A stretch of 64,000 nt of DNA, from NCBI GenBank assembly GCA_944381315.1, contig CALWKR010000042.1:2021-66020 (forward strand). The letters run 5' to 3'. The translations under genes and the position numbers were made by a program. The number at the start of each line of letters is the position of its first letter. The first letter of the stretch is position 1. This document shows, in pieces, positions 1 through 9,513 of this stretch. The stretch comes from an uncultured Christensenellaceae bacterium (GTDB lineage Bacteria; Bacillota; Clostridia; Christensenellales; UBA3700). A model generated the notes under the pieces. It saw only the letters and a list, made by a program, of their open reading frames with translations. It was not told the DNA's origin and searched no databases.

Positions 1-1568
1 ACTGCCCTTTTTCTGCCTTTCAATTTTGCAAACATTGCTCGCAGTATTCTGATGGCCAACTCCTTATAGTATTTGAATTCGGGAGTTCTGCATGTCACCA
101 ATAAGAACACTCCTGCCGCAAACACTACGACGAATACGAATCGCAGAACAAACCACCCTATACCGGAAGGAATGAACGATGCTATGAAATACGTTGCTGC
201 CGACAAAGCGAACGCAAATAACAATGCTACCGCCAGATTGAGGAATTGCGGCAAGAGAGGCTTTTTTATTCCTTGTTTAAAGAAAACAACTGTTTCTATG
301 GGAATCGCTATCAGCATTGTAGCAATAATATGCCCGAGGATAACCCCCAGCGTCCCCCACACAAAACTCAAACCTATTCCCAATGCTATTCCCGCCACAG
401 CTTCCAAAATAGGCTTATACCAATCGTTTCTGAACATCCCTTTTGCATCTTTGAAAGTCAATATAGCTTTGCGGAAATACCATTTTGACGAATCGAACGA
501 TAGCGCTACGACCACAGCCATAGGCATGACCATGTCCTTTCCTACCCACAATTCGATAAACGGATTAAATATCCCAATAAAACACACGAGCGTAAACGTA
601 CCGCAGAAATAAGCCAAATAGCGCACCCGTTTGTATATTTTGTACTGAACTTCTTCAGACTCACTTGCGCACAAATCGCCGATACTTGCCGTGATCGAAG
701 TAAAAATTATATTTACAACCATTCCCACACTGGCGGTAACCATAGCGTAATTGCTATATTGTCCGGCAGCAATCAAGCTTACAAACGAAGAAATAATGAT
801 GGATGATGTTCCCCTTGAAGCCACATCTCCCAATCGATGTAAAAATGTAGCTTCTACGTTTTGAAAGATCGCTCTCTTCTCTTCTTTAGGCAACCTAGCC
901 TTTTTGTACTTTTTGAGATAAGCATATTTCTTATTGGCAATGAGGTGAAGGATGAGGTTATTTATAATGGTCTTGGCGATCATTATGGCAAGGTATGCGT
1001 AGAAATTTTTATAAACATACAATAACGCTATCTGTAACAGATTGAGCATTATGTTGCAGGCGTTGTCCACTCCTGTCACGATGTAATTGTTTTGATCTGC
1101 CGTTATTAAAGTACGTTTGTATGCAAGCAAATAGCTACAGACCGTACTGACCAAATACATGGCAAAATATCCTCTCAACTCTCCGATCGAGAAGGACAGT
1201 TGCGAGATGTCTTCGGCAATCAAATATTGCAAAAACGGGATACAACAACAGCCGGCAACCGCGACCACCACTGCAATGACGCGATAGATATTGGCAAAAT
1301 AGTGCATCAATTCTGCCTGTTTTTGCTCATCGTGCTCTTTCAGTGGCTTGTATAATGCAAAAGCAACCGACGTGGCAAATCCCAACTCCGCAAGATTGAG
1401 AACTTGCAAAATATTGGAAAAAAGTCCGTTTACGCCGTTATATTCAGCGCCCAAAAGACGTACAAATACCGACTTTGCGGCAAACGACACCAGCTGGCTG
1501 ACTAGCAATCCGACTAAACCGACCAACGTGTTTCTCAACGATTTCCTTGTTCTTGTCTTAGTGACCAT
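1..1568 (-). CDS. wzx: Wzx-type oligosaccharide flippase (polysaccharide biosynthesis protein, MOP superfamily); C-terminal end runs off the left edge
   Basis: Not in the ORF track because no stop lies in-window. My reverse translation from ATG 1568-1566 reads MVTKTRTRKSLRNTLVGLVGLLVSQLVSFAAKSVFVRLLGAEYNGVNGLFSNILQVLNLAELGFATSVAFALYKPLKEHD..., a typical Wzx/RfbX N-terminus. I checked this frame codon by codon over 3-860 and translated it from about 870 to 1568, and found no stop. It is hydrophobic throughout. Confidence 0.8.
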   Translation of the reverse strand, partial: MVTKTRTRKSLRNTLVGLVGLLVSQLVSFAAKSVFVRLLGAEYNGVNGLFSNILQVLNLAELGFATSVAFALYKPLKEHDEQKQAELMHYFANIYRVIAVVVAVAGCCCIPFLQYLIAEDISQLSFSIGELRGYFAMYLVSTVCSYLLAYKRTLITADQNNYIVTGVDNACNIMLNLLQIALLYVYKNFYAYLAIMIAKTIINNLILHLIANKKYAYLKKYKKARLPKEEKRAIFQNVEATFLHRLGDVASRGTSSIIISSFVSLIAAGQYSNYAMVTASVGMVVNIIFTSITASIGDLCASESEEVQYKIYKRVRYLAYFCGTFTLVCFIGIFNPFIELWVGKDMVMPMAVVVALSFDSSKWYFRKAILTFKDAKGMFRNDWYKPILEAVAGIALGIGLSFVWGTLGVILGHIIATMLIAIPIETVVFFKQGIKKPLLPQFLNLAVALLFAFALSAATYFIASFIPSGIGWFVLRFVFVVVFAAGVFLLVTCRTPEFKYYKELAIRILRAMFAKLKGRKRA

Positions 1569-1595
1569 TTTGCGATTTCAAATGCGATTTGGGCT

Positions 1596-2669
1596 TTACT
1601 CTTGGATCTCCGCTATTTTTTGCAGATAGGTCATAGAGTTTTTTCTCTCTCTTTCGAGATAAGCATTTACCTCTTGATAGTCTATCGGTTTTTGCGCATC
1701 GTAACTATCTGTACCCATAAGTCTGAAAGCCAATCCGCAGTTGTCCATGATCTCTTTTATCCTGCAATTGACGTTGCCCTTTTTCAACAGTTCCACATGG
1801 ACGTCCTTGTTGAAGTTCAACGAAAACGCCGTTCCGTGAAAAGAGTTTGTATAAACTTTTTCTGCCCCTAGAACCAGTCCCACAAATTCCGCGGGTCCTG
1901 CCCCATAACAATTGCGACCTTTGATCCAATTGTCCAAGGAAGGTTTCAGCGATATCAATTTCAATCCCGATCTTTTTGCGTCTTCGGTTGCCGCCTTTAT
2001 CAACGACTTTGATCTGCCCATTTGATAAATCAAAATATATTTTCCTTTTGTTTTCGGCATAACGGATACTTTTGACCATTCGTATCTATCAAGCAACAAT
2101 GTAGGATCAAGCACCACATCGCTATTTACCCCAAGTTCGTCTTTCAAAAGTACTTTTGCCGTATTTTCTCGCACCGTAACGATACCGCCAAATTTTTTCA
2201 GACAAGCCGACATCATTTCTTTGTCACACTCTTCTATCCTGTCTGCTCCGATAGACGCGGCATAACTGTTCTTTTTTGCATCGTCTTTGACAAAATCAAG
2301 CAAAAACCGAGCATCCCTTTTGACAAGTTCCATATTCCAGACCTGATCGCTTCCCACTATGAATTTGTCGTACAAATTGTTTGTTTCGACAATGCTCTCC
2401 GCATCGTATTCGCTTGTCAAATTCAAGTAGCGTTGTTTAAATGTTTTGACTCTGCGAAACCCTCCGCTCAATTTTATCAGAAAATTTTTAGCATAAGTAT
2501 TGATTTTCGACACAACTGAAACTGAAGCTTGTTTATCGTACATTACTCCGTTGTAATTTATCAATTCGGCATTGACACCGAGTTTTTCCAACGACGATTG
2601 GAGAGCATAAGCCTGCAATGTTGCACCGTAATTATTTGTTCTGACAAACGTCAATATTCCGGTTTTCAT
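1596..2669 (-). CDS. polysaccharide pyruvyl transferase family protein (CsaB/WcaK-like)
   Basis: 357-aa ORF. The N-terminus MKTGILTFVRTNNYGATLQAYALQ is the hallmark start of the PS_pyruv_trans family. It lies inside the glycan locus. Confidence 0.85.
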   Translation of the reverse strand: MKTGILTFVRTNNYGATLQAYALQSSLEKLGVNAELINYNGVMYDKQASVSVVSKINTYAKNFLIKLSGGFRRVKTFKQRYLNLTSEYDAESIVETNNLYDKFIVGSDQVWNMELVKRDARFLLDFVKDDAKKNSYAASIGADRIEECDKEMMSACLKKFGGIVTVRENTAKVLLKDELGVNSDVVLDPTLLLDRYEWSKVSVMPKTKGKYILIYQMGRSKSLIKAATEDAKRSGLKLISLKPSLDNWIKGRNCYGAGPAEFVGLVLGAEKVYTNSFHGTAFSLNFNKDVHVELLKKGNVNCRIKEIMDNCGLAFRLMGTDSYDAQKPIDYQEVNAYLERERKNSMTYLQKIAEIQE

Positions 2670-3906
2670 CTTGCGCGATCCTCCTCAACATTAAATAAAT
2701 TGAATTGCTTACTCCGATAGCTATCATATAACTGCAAAGTACCATTTGGTCATACAATGTGTTACCGCTCAATCCCCACAGCAAAAACAGCCCTTGCATC
2801 AACAGAGAGAAATAAGCAAGCATTTTTATGTTGCCGTTCAGATTATTTTTGAAGCAGATTTTCAATGCAAAAATAAAGTTTGAAGCAACAAACGTCATAA
2901 ACGCGACAAATCCCACTATACCGGTCTCGCACAACACCTGCAGATAGATGTTATGCGCATCCATTCCGTATTTTGCTGCATAACTGTCGATCCCTATTCC
3001 GAAAACGGGATTCATTAAAAACTCATTCCATGCATTGCGCCATAATGTTTCTCTGCCGGACAACCCGCCTACAGTAAACTTTTCAATCAGACTTTTGCCG
3101 AAATCAGTTGTAAGCAAAACCACTATGCCGACACAACCCGCTACAACGCAGACGCAGATAGCTTTGACAATATGTTTCCTGTTGTGGACCAATATCAAAA
3201 GCACCGCCATCATACAGAAAAAGATAAGCATACCTCTTTTGTTCGTTTTGATCAAATCGAAAATACCGACCATCATCAAAACTGCATAAACCAATCTCTT
3301 TTTCCTTTTTGCCAAAAGCCTTATCAGACACATTCCCGCAAAAACAGCCATGTAAAATGCATTTACTCCTGTCTGAGAAGTGATACCCGGCAATCCACCG
3401 TAAACACTACCTTCATTTACAAAATGTCTGTTTTGCTCCAACGCGTTATCATCCAACACAATACTGCATATTTTGTCAACAACATCCGGCGCAAACGCCT
3501 GCACAAAAGTCAATGCCGCAAACACCGACATAACGATAAATATGCATTTCATAAAATAAGCTGCAAAATCCGCACTCGTATTCGAAACAAAAACGTAAAC
3601 CCCGAAAAATGCTATTGCTCCCGCCATAAAAATCAAGCTGTCGGTTATTGCACTTGTAAACAACAACGACATTATCGACATAGCACAAAATATTACATAA
3701 AATATCGCGTATTTGCATTTTTTGAAATTGAAACTGTCAAAAAACAGCCAAACCATAGTGAACAAGCATAATATTCCGAACAAAAGTATATGTCCTTGCG
3801 AAGACAAACTTGCAAAAGCAAAATAAGCGGCAAGCAACCATGCATAAAGCTTATGCACGGTCGTTTTGCTAACGCTATATATCTTGCCTATATACAACTC
3901 GTTCAT
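2632..3906 (-). CDS. wzy: O-antigen polymerase/ligase family membrane protein (Wzy-like)
   Basis: Track ORF 2632..4071. I trimmed the start to ATG 3906 (MNELYIGKIY...), which overlaps the upstream stop as ATGA. It has many hydrophobic helices and the loop GMDAHNIYLQVLCETGIVGF, typical of the Wzy_C/O-antigen ligase family. Confidence 0.75.
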   Translation of the reverse strand: MNELYIGKIYSVSKTTVHKLYAWLLAAYFAFASLSSQGHILLFGILCLFTMVWLFFDSFNFKKCKYAIFYVIFCAMSIMSLLFTSAITDSLIFMAGAIAFFGVYVFVSNTSADFAAYFMKCIFIVMSVFAALTFVQAFAPDVVDKICSIVLDDNALEQNRHFVNEGSVYGGLPGITSQTGVNAFYMAVFAGMCLIRLLAKRKKRLVYAVLMMVGIFDLIKTNKRGMLIFFCMMAVLLILVHNRKHIVKAICVCVVAGCVGIVVLLTTDFGKSLIEKFTVGGLSGRETLWRNAWNEFLMNPVFGIGIDSYAAKYGMDAHNIYLQVLCETGIVGFVAFMTFVASNFIFALKICFKNNLNGNIKMLAYFSLLMQGLFLLWGLSGNTLYDQMVLCSYMIAIGVSNSIYLMLRRIAQDENRNIDVCQNK

Positions 3907-4895
3907 ATCAAATGCCTTTTTAATCCGATAAACGCTTTCAACAATGTTATGCTCTTCACATTGATGGCAAAGTAAACACATCTGCGATAAATATTGCATT
4001 GTTTCTTGTCTATCGCCTTGTACCAATTCGGATATTGTTTTGTCTTTTCTTTTATGTATCTCCTTGTCCATGATGCCGGTGCTTTGCCATCGTAAAGCCG
4101 CGTTATACCGCCCATGAGATCTTCAAGCCACAACTCGAAGACAATCTCGGGGAACCTTTCAAATTCTTTTCTCAAAGCCAGATTCGCATCCGTACTCCGT
4201 GTCAGACGAGTGTAGTTGTCCGCGTTTCTTTCTACGGCTATACGCTTAACTTTTCCGTGCATTATCGATTTCGGATTGTAGAGATAAAAATAACCGACGT
4301 AATTTGAGTAGTATATCTTTTCAGCATATTTTACGAATATTCTTGCAAAAACGCCGTCTTCCCCTCTGTATAATGCCGGAAAACGTAACGCATTATCTTT
4401 TATGACTGAGGTTTTGAAAATTTTTGCACAGCTTATATGAGAAAACCTGAAGGCGTCTACTTTCGAGACATATTCGTTCCCTTGAGACGACAACACAACG
4501 TGTTCTCTGCGAACAAAGCTTTGCCCCTCTCTTATAAAGTCGAATATGACAAGGTCGCTGTCCGTCTTTTCGATTTCCTTGAGCAAATTTTCGACATAAT
4601 CGTCCTTCACTCGATCGTCAACGTCTATGAACGTAACATATTCTCCGCCCATGTGTTCCAATGCGACGTTGCGGGCAACGCCCGGCCCCTTGTTTTCGGG
4701 CTGTCTGAAAACCGATACGGAAAATTGATGGCATGCCGTATGCCTTTGCAAAATCTCCCAAGTCTTGTCCGTAGAACAATCATCCACGATGATCACTTCA
4801 AAATCCTTGTTTGTCTGCGCATCCAAAACCGACATATATCTGTCGATATATGCTTCGCCATTGAATACAGGAGTGATAATCGAAAGACTGCTCAT
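3903..4895 (-). CDS. glycosyltransferase family 2
   Basis: MSSLSIITPVFNGEAYIDRYMSVLDAQTNKDFEVIIVDDCSTDKT... followed by FIDVDD (DxD). This is a classic GT-A/GT2 N-terminal domain. Confidence 0.9.
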   Translation of the reverse strand: MSSLSIITPVFNGEAYIDRYMSVLDAQTNKDFEVIIVDDCSTDKTWEILQRHTACHQFSVSVFRQPENKGPGVARNVALEHMGGEYVTFIDVDDRVKDDYVENLLKEIEKTDSDLVIFDFIREGQSFVRREHVVLSSQGNEYVSKVDAFRFSHISCAKIFKTSVIKDNALRFPALYRGEDGVFARIFVKYAEKIYYSNYVGYFYLYNPKSIMHGKVKRIAVERNADNYTRLTRSTDANLALRKEFERFPEIVFELWLEDLMGGITRLYDGKAPASWTRRYIKEKTKQYPNWYKAIDKKQCNIYRRCVYFAINVKSITLLKAFIGLKRHLI

Positions 4896-4939
4896 ACACG
4901 CCCTTTATTAGATGATTATACGACGAAAGCGCATGTTTG

Positions 4940-5818
4940 TCAAATATCCGCAGATTTGTCCAACGCGGCGATCAACTCACTTGACACAGCGGGGTCAAAT
5001 TTGCGAGCGATCAGCTTGCCGCTCCTTTTTACCGCATCTAAATCTGCCAACGTCAGCACCTTTGGATTCTTCTTGTGTTCCGACCAATCCACATAACACA
5101 AGTTGCATTGCGTCAACGTGTTGCGGAAAGACGAATTCCACAATATTGTCTGGAAATAGCTCTCGTCAGGGCAAATACAATTTTTGAAATATGAAAGGTA
5201 TCTGCCATCGGATGATGCGTCGAGAATGTATCTGCACGCATCCTCGCTCAAAGTCCACCATTGACTTCCGAATCGCCACTCGGCATTCAATGTGTTTTTA
5301 CGCTTGACTATGCTGTGGTATTTGCCGCCAGTCAATATATTGTAAATCTTGCGCAGGACTCTCATAATGAATATCGGAGAAGCTCCCCATGTAGGATACC
5401 AAGTTTGATTACGTTTCAGATATCTGCGATGATCGTCCCCATCGACAGGTACAAGCTCTATAAAGTTTTTACCATTGTTGTTTTCAAGAAAAGATGCGAT
5501 CTCGTTGTTGGACACGATCGGGTAGTCCTGCCCGCTTATAAGCCAGAGATAATCGTAATGCTTCTCCGCTCCGACCGCCGCCTGCAACAACTTCAATGTT
5601 GCTTCGACCTGCGATATATGCCCCCATTTTACCCCTATCCTGTCTTGCAACACAAACACGCCGTCTTTGCGCACAATGTCTTTGTCAATATCGCTTTTTG
5701 CGTCCACATGCACAAAAAACTCGACAACAAGCGCGTCACTGACCGAACTCAATCTTTCGATGAGCCTGTTCACCTGATCTGCGCATTTGTGGCATTGGAT
5801 AAGATACGCAACTCTCAT
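4940..5818 (-). CDS. GT14-like (Core-2/I-branching type) glycosyltransferase
   Basis: 292 aa. MRVAYLIQCHKCADQVNRLIERL and LWLISGQDYP resemble bacterial Branch-domain (GT14) proteins. Family call is from memory of the motif pattern only. Confidence 0.65.
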   Translation of the reverse strand: MRVAYLIQCHKCADQVNRLIERLSSVSDALVVEFFVHVDAKSDIDKDIVRKDGVFVLQDRIGVKWGHISQVEATLKLLQAAVGAEKHYDYLWLISGQDYPIVSNNEIASFLENNNGKNFIELVPVDGDDHRRYLKRNQTWYPTWGASPIFIMRVLRKIYNILTGGKYHSIVKRKNTLNAEWRFGSQWWTLSEDACRYILDASSDGRYLSYFKNCICPDESYFQTILWNSSFRNTLTQCNLCYVDWSEHKKNPKVLTLADLDAVKRSGKLIARKFDPAVSSELIAALDKSADI

Positions 5819-6903
5819 CTCAACGCTCCGTATAGTTTTGTCAGCAACTTGCTGGAAAACACTATTTTCTTGATTGTCAATTTCACCATTTCTTTTTTCA
5901 TACTTTTGTGAACAGCTTTCACAAACCCCTTGCGATTGACCGTTTTCATAAACAAATCACGATGTTTGTGCGGAATAGACGGTCTGCTCAACTGTGGGTT
6001 GCCTCCCAACGCCTCGTTAAGTTGCCTTTCTTCACAATATAATCCCGATTTTATCGCATCGAACATCGCAGTTCCCTTTTCCGTATTCACCAAGGCAATG
6101 GATACGCCTTTCTCCGTCTCGGGGAAATCCTTTATACCCCAAAAGTCACCGAGTGTAATATCCCCGACTCGCTCGGTATCGGCATATCTGCAAGAGTAAC
6201 AGCATTCGCGATACGACATCATCTTCAAAAAAGCCGCAATATATTCGCCCGAGTATTTTACTACGTCGTCGTCCAGCCTCACAGCTATATCTCCGTTTTT
6301 CCTAAACGATAACTCACCGTCTTTTTTGGGCAATATTGCGTCAAGATACCTGTGAGACGTCCCACCGTGACAAATAAGATCCACGCAGTACAGCCTGTCC
6401 GATCGACCGACAAAATTCCTCAATCCTGCAACCTGACAAGGCGTACCGACGAAAAGCACATTTTTGTCTTTCAGTTTTACTTTGATCTGTTTGTATATAT
6501 CGTCGATATAACTTTGGACATATTTGCTGCCTTTCAATTTGGGCAATTCTTCTTCTGACTCTACAATTTTGTGATGTACCGTCCCGTTCTCGTAAACTGC
6601 TCCGCAGACACAATCCCCTTTCGATATAAACAACTTTGCAAGTTCTGCCGCTATTCCGCCGCTAGAGCTACTGTCCCTCTCTTCCGGCGCGTAACAGGCG
6701 TAGCACTTTGCGGAAGGTATTTTCTCGACTAATTTGTTTACAGGGCACACACGCTGACAAGCGCCGCAATTGACACACTTGTCGGCGTCTATCGTCGGCG
6801 ACAGTTCGTTCCTTTCGTTGAATGTCATCGCAATACATCCTTTAGGACACACGTTGAAACACGCGGCGCACCCCGTACACTTCTTGTCGTCGCATATGAT
6901 CAT
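5815..6903 (-). CDS. FrhB/FdhB-like (coenzyme F420 hydrogenase/dehydrogenase beta-subunit family) 2x[4Fe-4S] protein
   Basis: Two ferredoxin motifs at the N-terminus (CTGCAACFNVCP, CVNCGACQRVCP), then an FrhB-type C-terminal region (GTPCQVAGLRNF, LICHG). Start and stop overlap both neighbours by 4 nt. Confidence 0.8.
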   Translation of the reverse strand: MIICDDKKCTGCAACFNVCPKGCIAMTFNERNELSPTIDADKCVNCGACQRVCPVNKLVEKIPSAKCYACYAPEERDSSSSGGIAAELAKLFISKGDCVCGAVYENGTVHHKIVESEEELPKLKGSKYVQSYIDDIYKQIKVKLKDKNVLFVGTPCQVAGLRNFVGRSDRLYCVDLICHGGTSHRYLDAILPKKDGELSFRKNGDIAVRLDDDVVKYSGEYIAAFLKMMSYRECCYSCRYADTERVGDITLGDFWGIKDFPETEKGVSIALVNTEKGTAMFDAIKSGLYCEERQLNEALGGNPQLSRPSIPHKHRDLFMKTVNRKGFVKAVHKSMKKEMVKLTIKKIVFSSKLLTKLYGALR

Positions 6904-7985
6904 AACAGATTTTCCTCCAAAAATGCTTTCCCGGATCGTGAAAATTCCTCGATTTTTGACGAAAAGTCAACGTCGGCATTCATCACCGAAACTATTTCCT
7001 CATCACTGATCGACGAATCGACAATGTTTTTTTCTATACCGAAGTGCTTCAACAACACTTTTTGTCTGTTGTCGTTGGTGCTCCCGACCGCAAAAAAGTG
7101 TTTTGACAATATCATTGAAAACAGCATCGCGTGGAATGACGTTGTCAATACGCATTCGGCGTTTTGCATAAGATACAAAAACTCGGCAGGCCCACAATCG
7201 AAAACCTTTTTGGCTTTCATCAGAATATCGTGCGGACTGGTTACTTTTGAGATCACGATAGGCAAACCGAGACTGTCGGACAATTTTTTAGCCGTGTCGG
7301 CTAATTCCTTTGTGCACGACAGCGTGTACAGAAAAATATATTTTTTCGGCAATGCGGTTTTGGGCTTAGCCGCCAATGTTGCCCATACACCGCTGTCCAA
7401 CAGCATGACGGGATCGCAAACCTGCATCGGAGCTTGTCCGACCGTCGTTTCGACCAGTTTTGCCGTCGCGCTGTCCCTGACCGATATTGCTCTGTATGCG
7501 CGAATATACTCGGCATATTTTCTAAATGCGGTTTCATTGGCAAAATCGCCGTTGCCGCAACTGACCGCATATGCGATCTTGTCGCAATTTACCCCTTTGC
7601 CAAAATATATATCGCTGAAATCGTTTGCTTCAATATTCCAGATCTGATCGCTACCTGTAACCACAACATCATAAGACAATTTTGACATATCTTCGTCGGA
7701 CAGTTCTGCGCCGCAACCGAGAGTGTCCGACAGAAATTTCTCAAAAAGTTCGTATTTGTCTTTATGCTTGCGGTAATGCATCAAAACATAGAAGTTTTTG
7801 AGAATGTATCTCAACCCCTTACGTTTTGTCAATACCGCATATATGTCTTTTTGTTTCTCTGTACGGTAATTGACGATTTCACACTCCGCACCATGATCGC
7901 AAACATATTTTTTCAATGCGTATGCCTGCAACATCGATCCGTAATTATGCGATGCATGAAAAGTCAATATGCCTACTTTCTTCAT
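6900..7985 (-). CDS. polysaccharide pyruvyl transferase family protein (second copy)
   Basis: Track ORF 6900..8369 trimmed to ATG 7985 (MKKVGILTFHASHNYGSMLQAYALKKY), which overlaps the upstream stop as ATGA. The discarded 128-aa extension is Arg-rich noise. Confidence 0.85.
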   Translation of the reverse strand: MKKVGILTFHASHNYGSMLQAYALKKYVCDHGAECEIVNYRTEKQKDIYAVLTKRKGLRYILKNFYVLMHYRKHKDKYELFEKFLSDTLGCGAELSDEDMSKLSYDVVVTGSDQIWNIEANDFSDIYFGKGVNCDKIAYAVSCGNGDFANETAFRKYAEYIRAYRAISVRDSATAKLVETTVGQAPMQVCDPVMLLDSGVWATLAAKPKTALPKKYIFLYTLSCTKELADTAKKLSDSLGLPIVISKVTSPHDILMKAKKVFDCGPAEFLYLMQNAECVLTTSFHAMLFSMILSKHFFAVGSTNDNRQKVLLKHFGIEKNIVDSSISDEEIVSVMNADVDFSSKIEEFSRSGKAFLEENLL

Positions 7986-8806
7986 TTGTTTCTCCTCGCA
8001 AAAGTTTTGAAAAACCATTGTCTTACGCCGTTGGGCATCATGACCTGAACGACAAATCGGATCAGTTTTGCCTTGACGTACTCGCCGTATGTGATGATGC
8101 CCGTCTTGTGCATGAATGCAAAAAGATCGCGCTCGCTCTTGTAATATCTGTAACCGCCTCGCCTGCGGAAAGTATCCGCGTCTATGCGCGCATAAACGAG
8201 ATTTTCGGCAATATTGGCAAATTTTGCTCCTGCCAGATACATTCTTGCCCACAGATAGCTGTCCTCGTTGTAAAGCCACGGTTTGTACCCGCCTGCGGCT
8301 TGGAGTACGGATCTGCGCATCATGACCGTCATATGATTGAACGGACACCGAGATTTCATATACTCGCAAATGGCGTCATGCTCGGTCGGCACGGATCTGA
8401 CGCTGACAACATCGGCAATGTCGCCGCTGAACTCCGCTATGTTGCTGCCGAGCACGTCGATTTCGGGATGGGCTTGGAGATAAGCGACCTGCTTTTGCAT
8501 TCTGTCGGGAGCGCAGACGTCGTCGGTGTCCATGCGCGCTATCCACTCGCATACACATTCCTTACTGCCTGCGTCAAGCGCATTGCCCAGCCCCACGTTG
8601 GTTTCGAGAGGCACGAGCTTGACCCTGCCTTCGCTTTCGAGGGCGGCGAGATACTCCCCTACGTCCTCGCTGACGGGTCCGTCTTCGACGATGACGATTT
8701 CCTTGGGGGCGGGCACCTGCTCAAAAACACTGTCAAGACACTGACGCAACTCGGACGCCTTTGTGTTTTTGTAAACGGACATCAGCATGCTGTATTCCAT
8801 ACTCAC
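7982..8806 (-). CDS. glycosyltransferase family 2
   Basis: 274 aa. LMSVYKNTKASELRQCLDSVFEQ...IVIVEDGP and a MDTDD DxD-type motif. GT2 fold, AmsE/EpsJ-like. Confidence 0.85.
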   Translation of the reverse strand: MSMEYSMLMSVYKNTKASELRQCLDSVFEQVPAPKEIVIVEDGPVSEDVGEYLAALESEGRVKLVPLETNVGLGNALDAGSKECVCEWIARMDTDDVCAPDRMQKQVAYLQAHPEIDVLGSNIAEFSGDIADVVSVRSVPTEHDAICEYMKSRCPFNHMTVMMRRSVLQAAGGYKPWLYNEDSYLWARMYLAGAKFANIAENLVYARIDADTFRRRGGYRYYKSERDLFAFMHKTGIITYGEYVKAKLIRFVVQVMMPNGVRQWFFKTFARRNK

Positions 8807-9513
8807 CTCAACACCGCCGCAAAAGTCGCGAATATCAGTTTTATATCATAAAAGACGTTCATCTTTTGCATATACTGCATATTGAGTTCTATCTTTTTAG
8901 GCATAATGTCTTCGATATAAGTCTTTTCGGGATCGTCGCTGACGGCTAGAAGATCGTTCTCGTCGCGATACACGATCGAAGCCAGCTCGGTGATCCCCGG
9001 TTTTATACGCAGAATATTGCGTTGGTAATCGTCGTACATCTCGACGTAATGCGGCACCTCGGGGCGCGGTCCGACAAAACTCATCTGTCCGAGCAATACG
9101 TTGATGAGCTGAGGCAATTCGTCTATCTTGGTTTTGCGCAAAATAGCGCCTACCTTCGTGATCCTGGCGTCGTTGCCGACGGTGATCTGCATACCCTTGC
9201 GCTCGGCATCGGTCACCATTGTGCGGAATTTGAAAATGCGGAAATTTTTGCCGTCCTTGCCCACTCGTACCTGACGGAAATATACGGGACCTTTGGACGA
9301 ACACCTGATCGCGATCGCGATAAAAAGAAACGGGATCGTCAAAAAGAGCAATCCGACCGACGACGCCGCAATGTCGAAACAGCGTTTGAAAAACAAAGCC
9401 GCGCGCTTTTTCTTCATCAGTGCATCAAAGTCGCATACCTGCACTTCGGCGGCTTTTTGTGCGTCGACTGCGATCTGCTCGTCGACTGTGGTCTGCTCGT
9501 CGGTTTGGTTCAT
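8803..9513 (-). CDS. undecaprenyl-phosphate sugar-phosphate transferase (bacterial sugar transferase family, small PglC/EpsL type)
   Basis: FFKRCFDIAASSVGLLFLTIPFLFIAIAIRCSSKGPVYFRQVRVGKDGKNFRIFKFRTM...DELPQLINVL...SFVGPRP. These are canonical Bac_transf motifs. Confidence 0.9.
   Translation of the reverse strand: MNQTDEQTTVDEQIAVDAQKAAEVQVCDFDALMKKKRAALFFKRCFDIAASSVGLLFLTIPFLFIAIAIRCSSKGPVYFRQVRVGKDGKNFRIFKFRTMVTDAERKGMQITVGNDARITKVGAILRKTKIDELPQLINVLLGQMSFVGPRPEVPHYVEMYDDYQRNILRIKPGITELASIVYRDENDLLAVSDDPEKTYIEDIMPKKIELNMQYMQKMNVFYDIKLIFATFAAVLR

Noticed and set aside
73-1629. Plus-strand ORFs 73..612, 246..488 and 1348..1629 in the first 1.6 kb.
   Set aside because: They are antisense to the open Wzx frame, which reads as a convincing flippase. 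Their products are Asn/Thr/Ile-rich noise.
6900-8369. Long N-terminal extensions offered by the ORF track. Examples: 6900..8369, 9510..10919, 16150..16560, 24054..25445, 35716..37368, 47575..48666, 48441..49439, 49172..50197 and 57637..59148.
   Set aside because: In each case the recognisable domain begins at an internal ATG that has an SD and/or overlaps the upstream stop (ATGA). The extension overlaps the upstream gene in another frame and is compositionally aberrant. I trimmed the starts accordingly.
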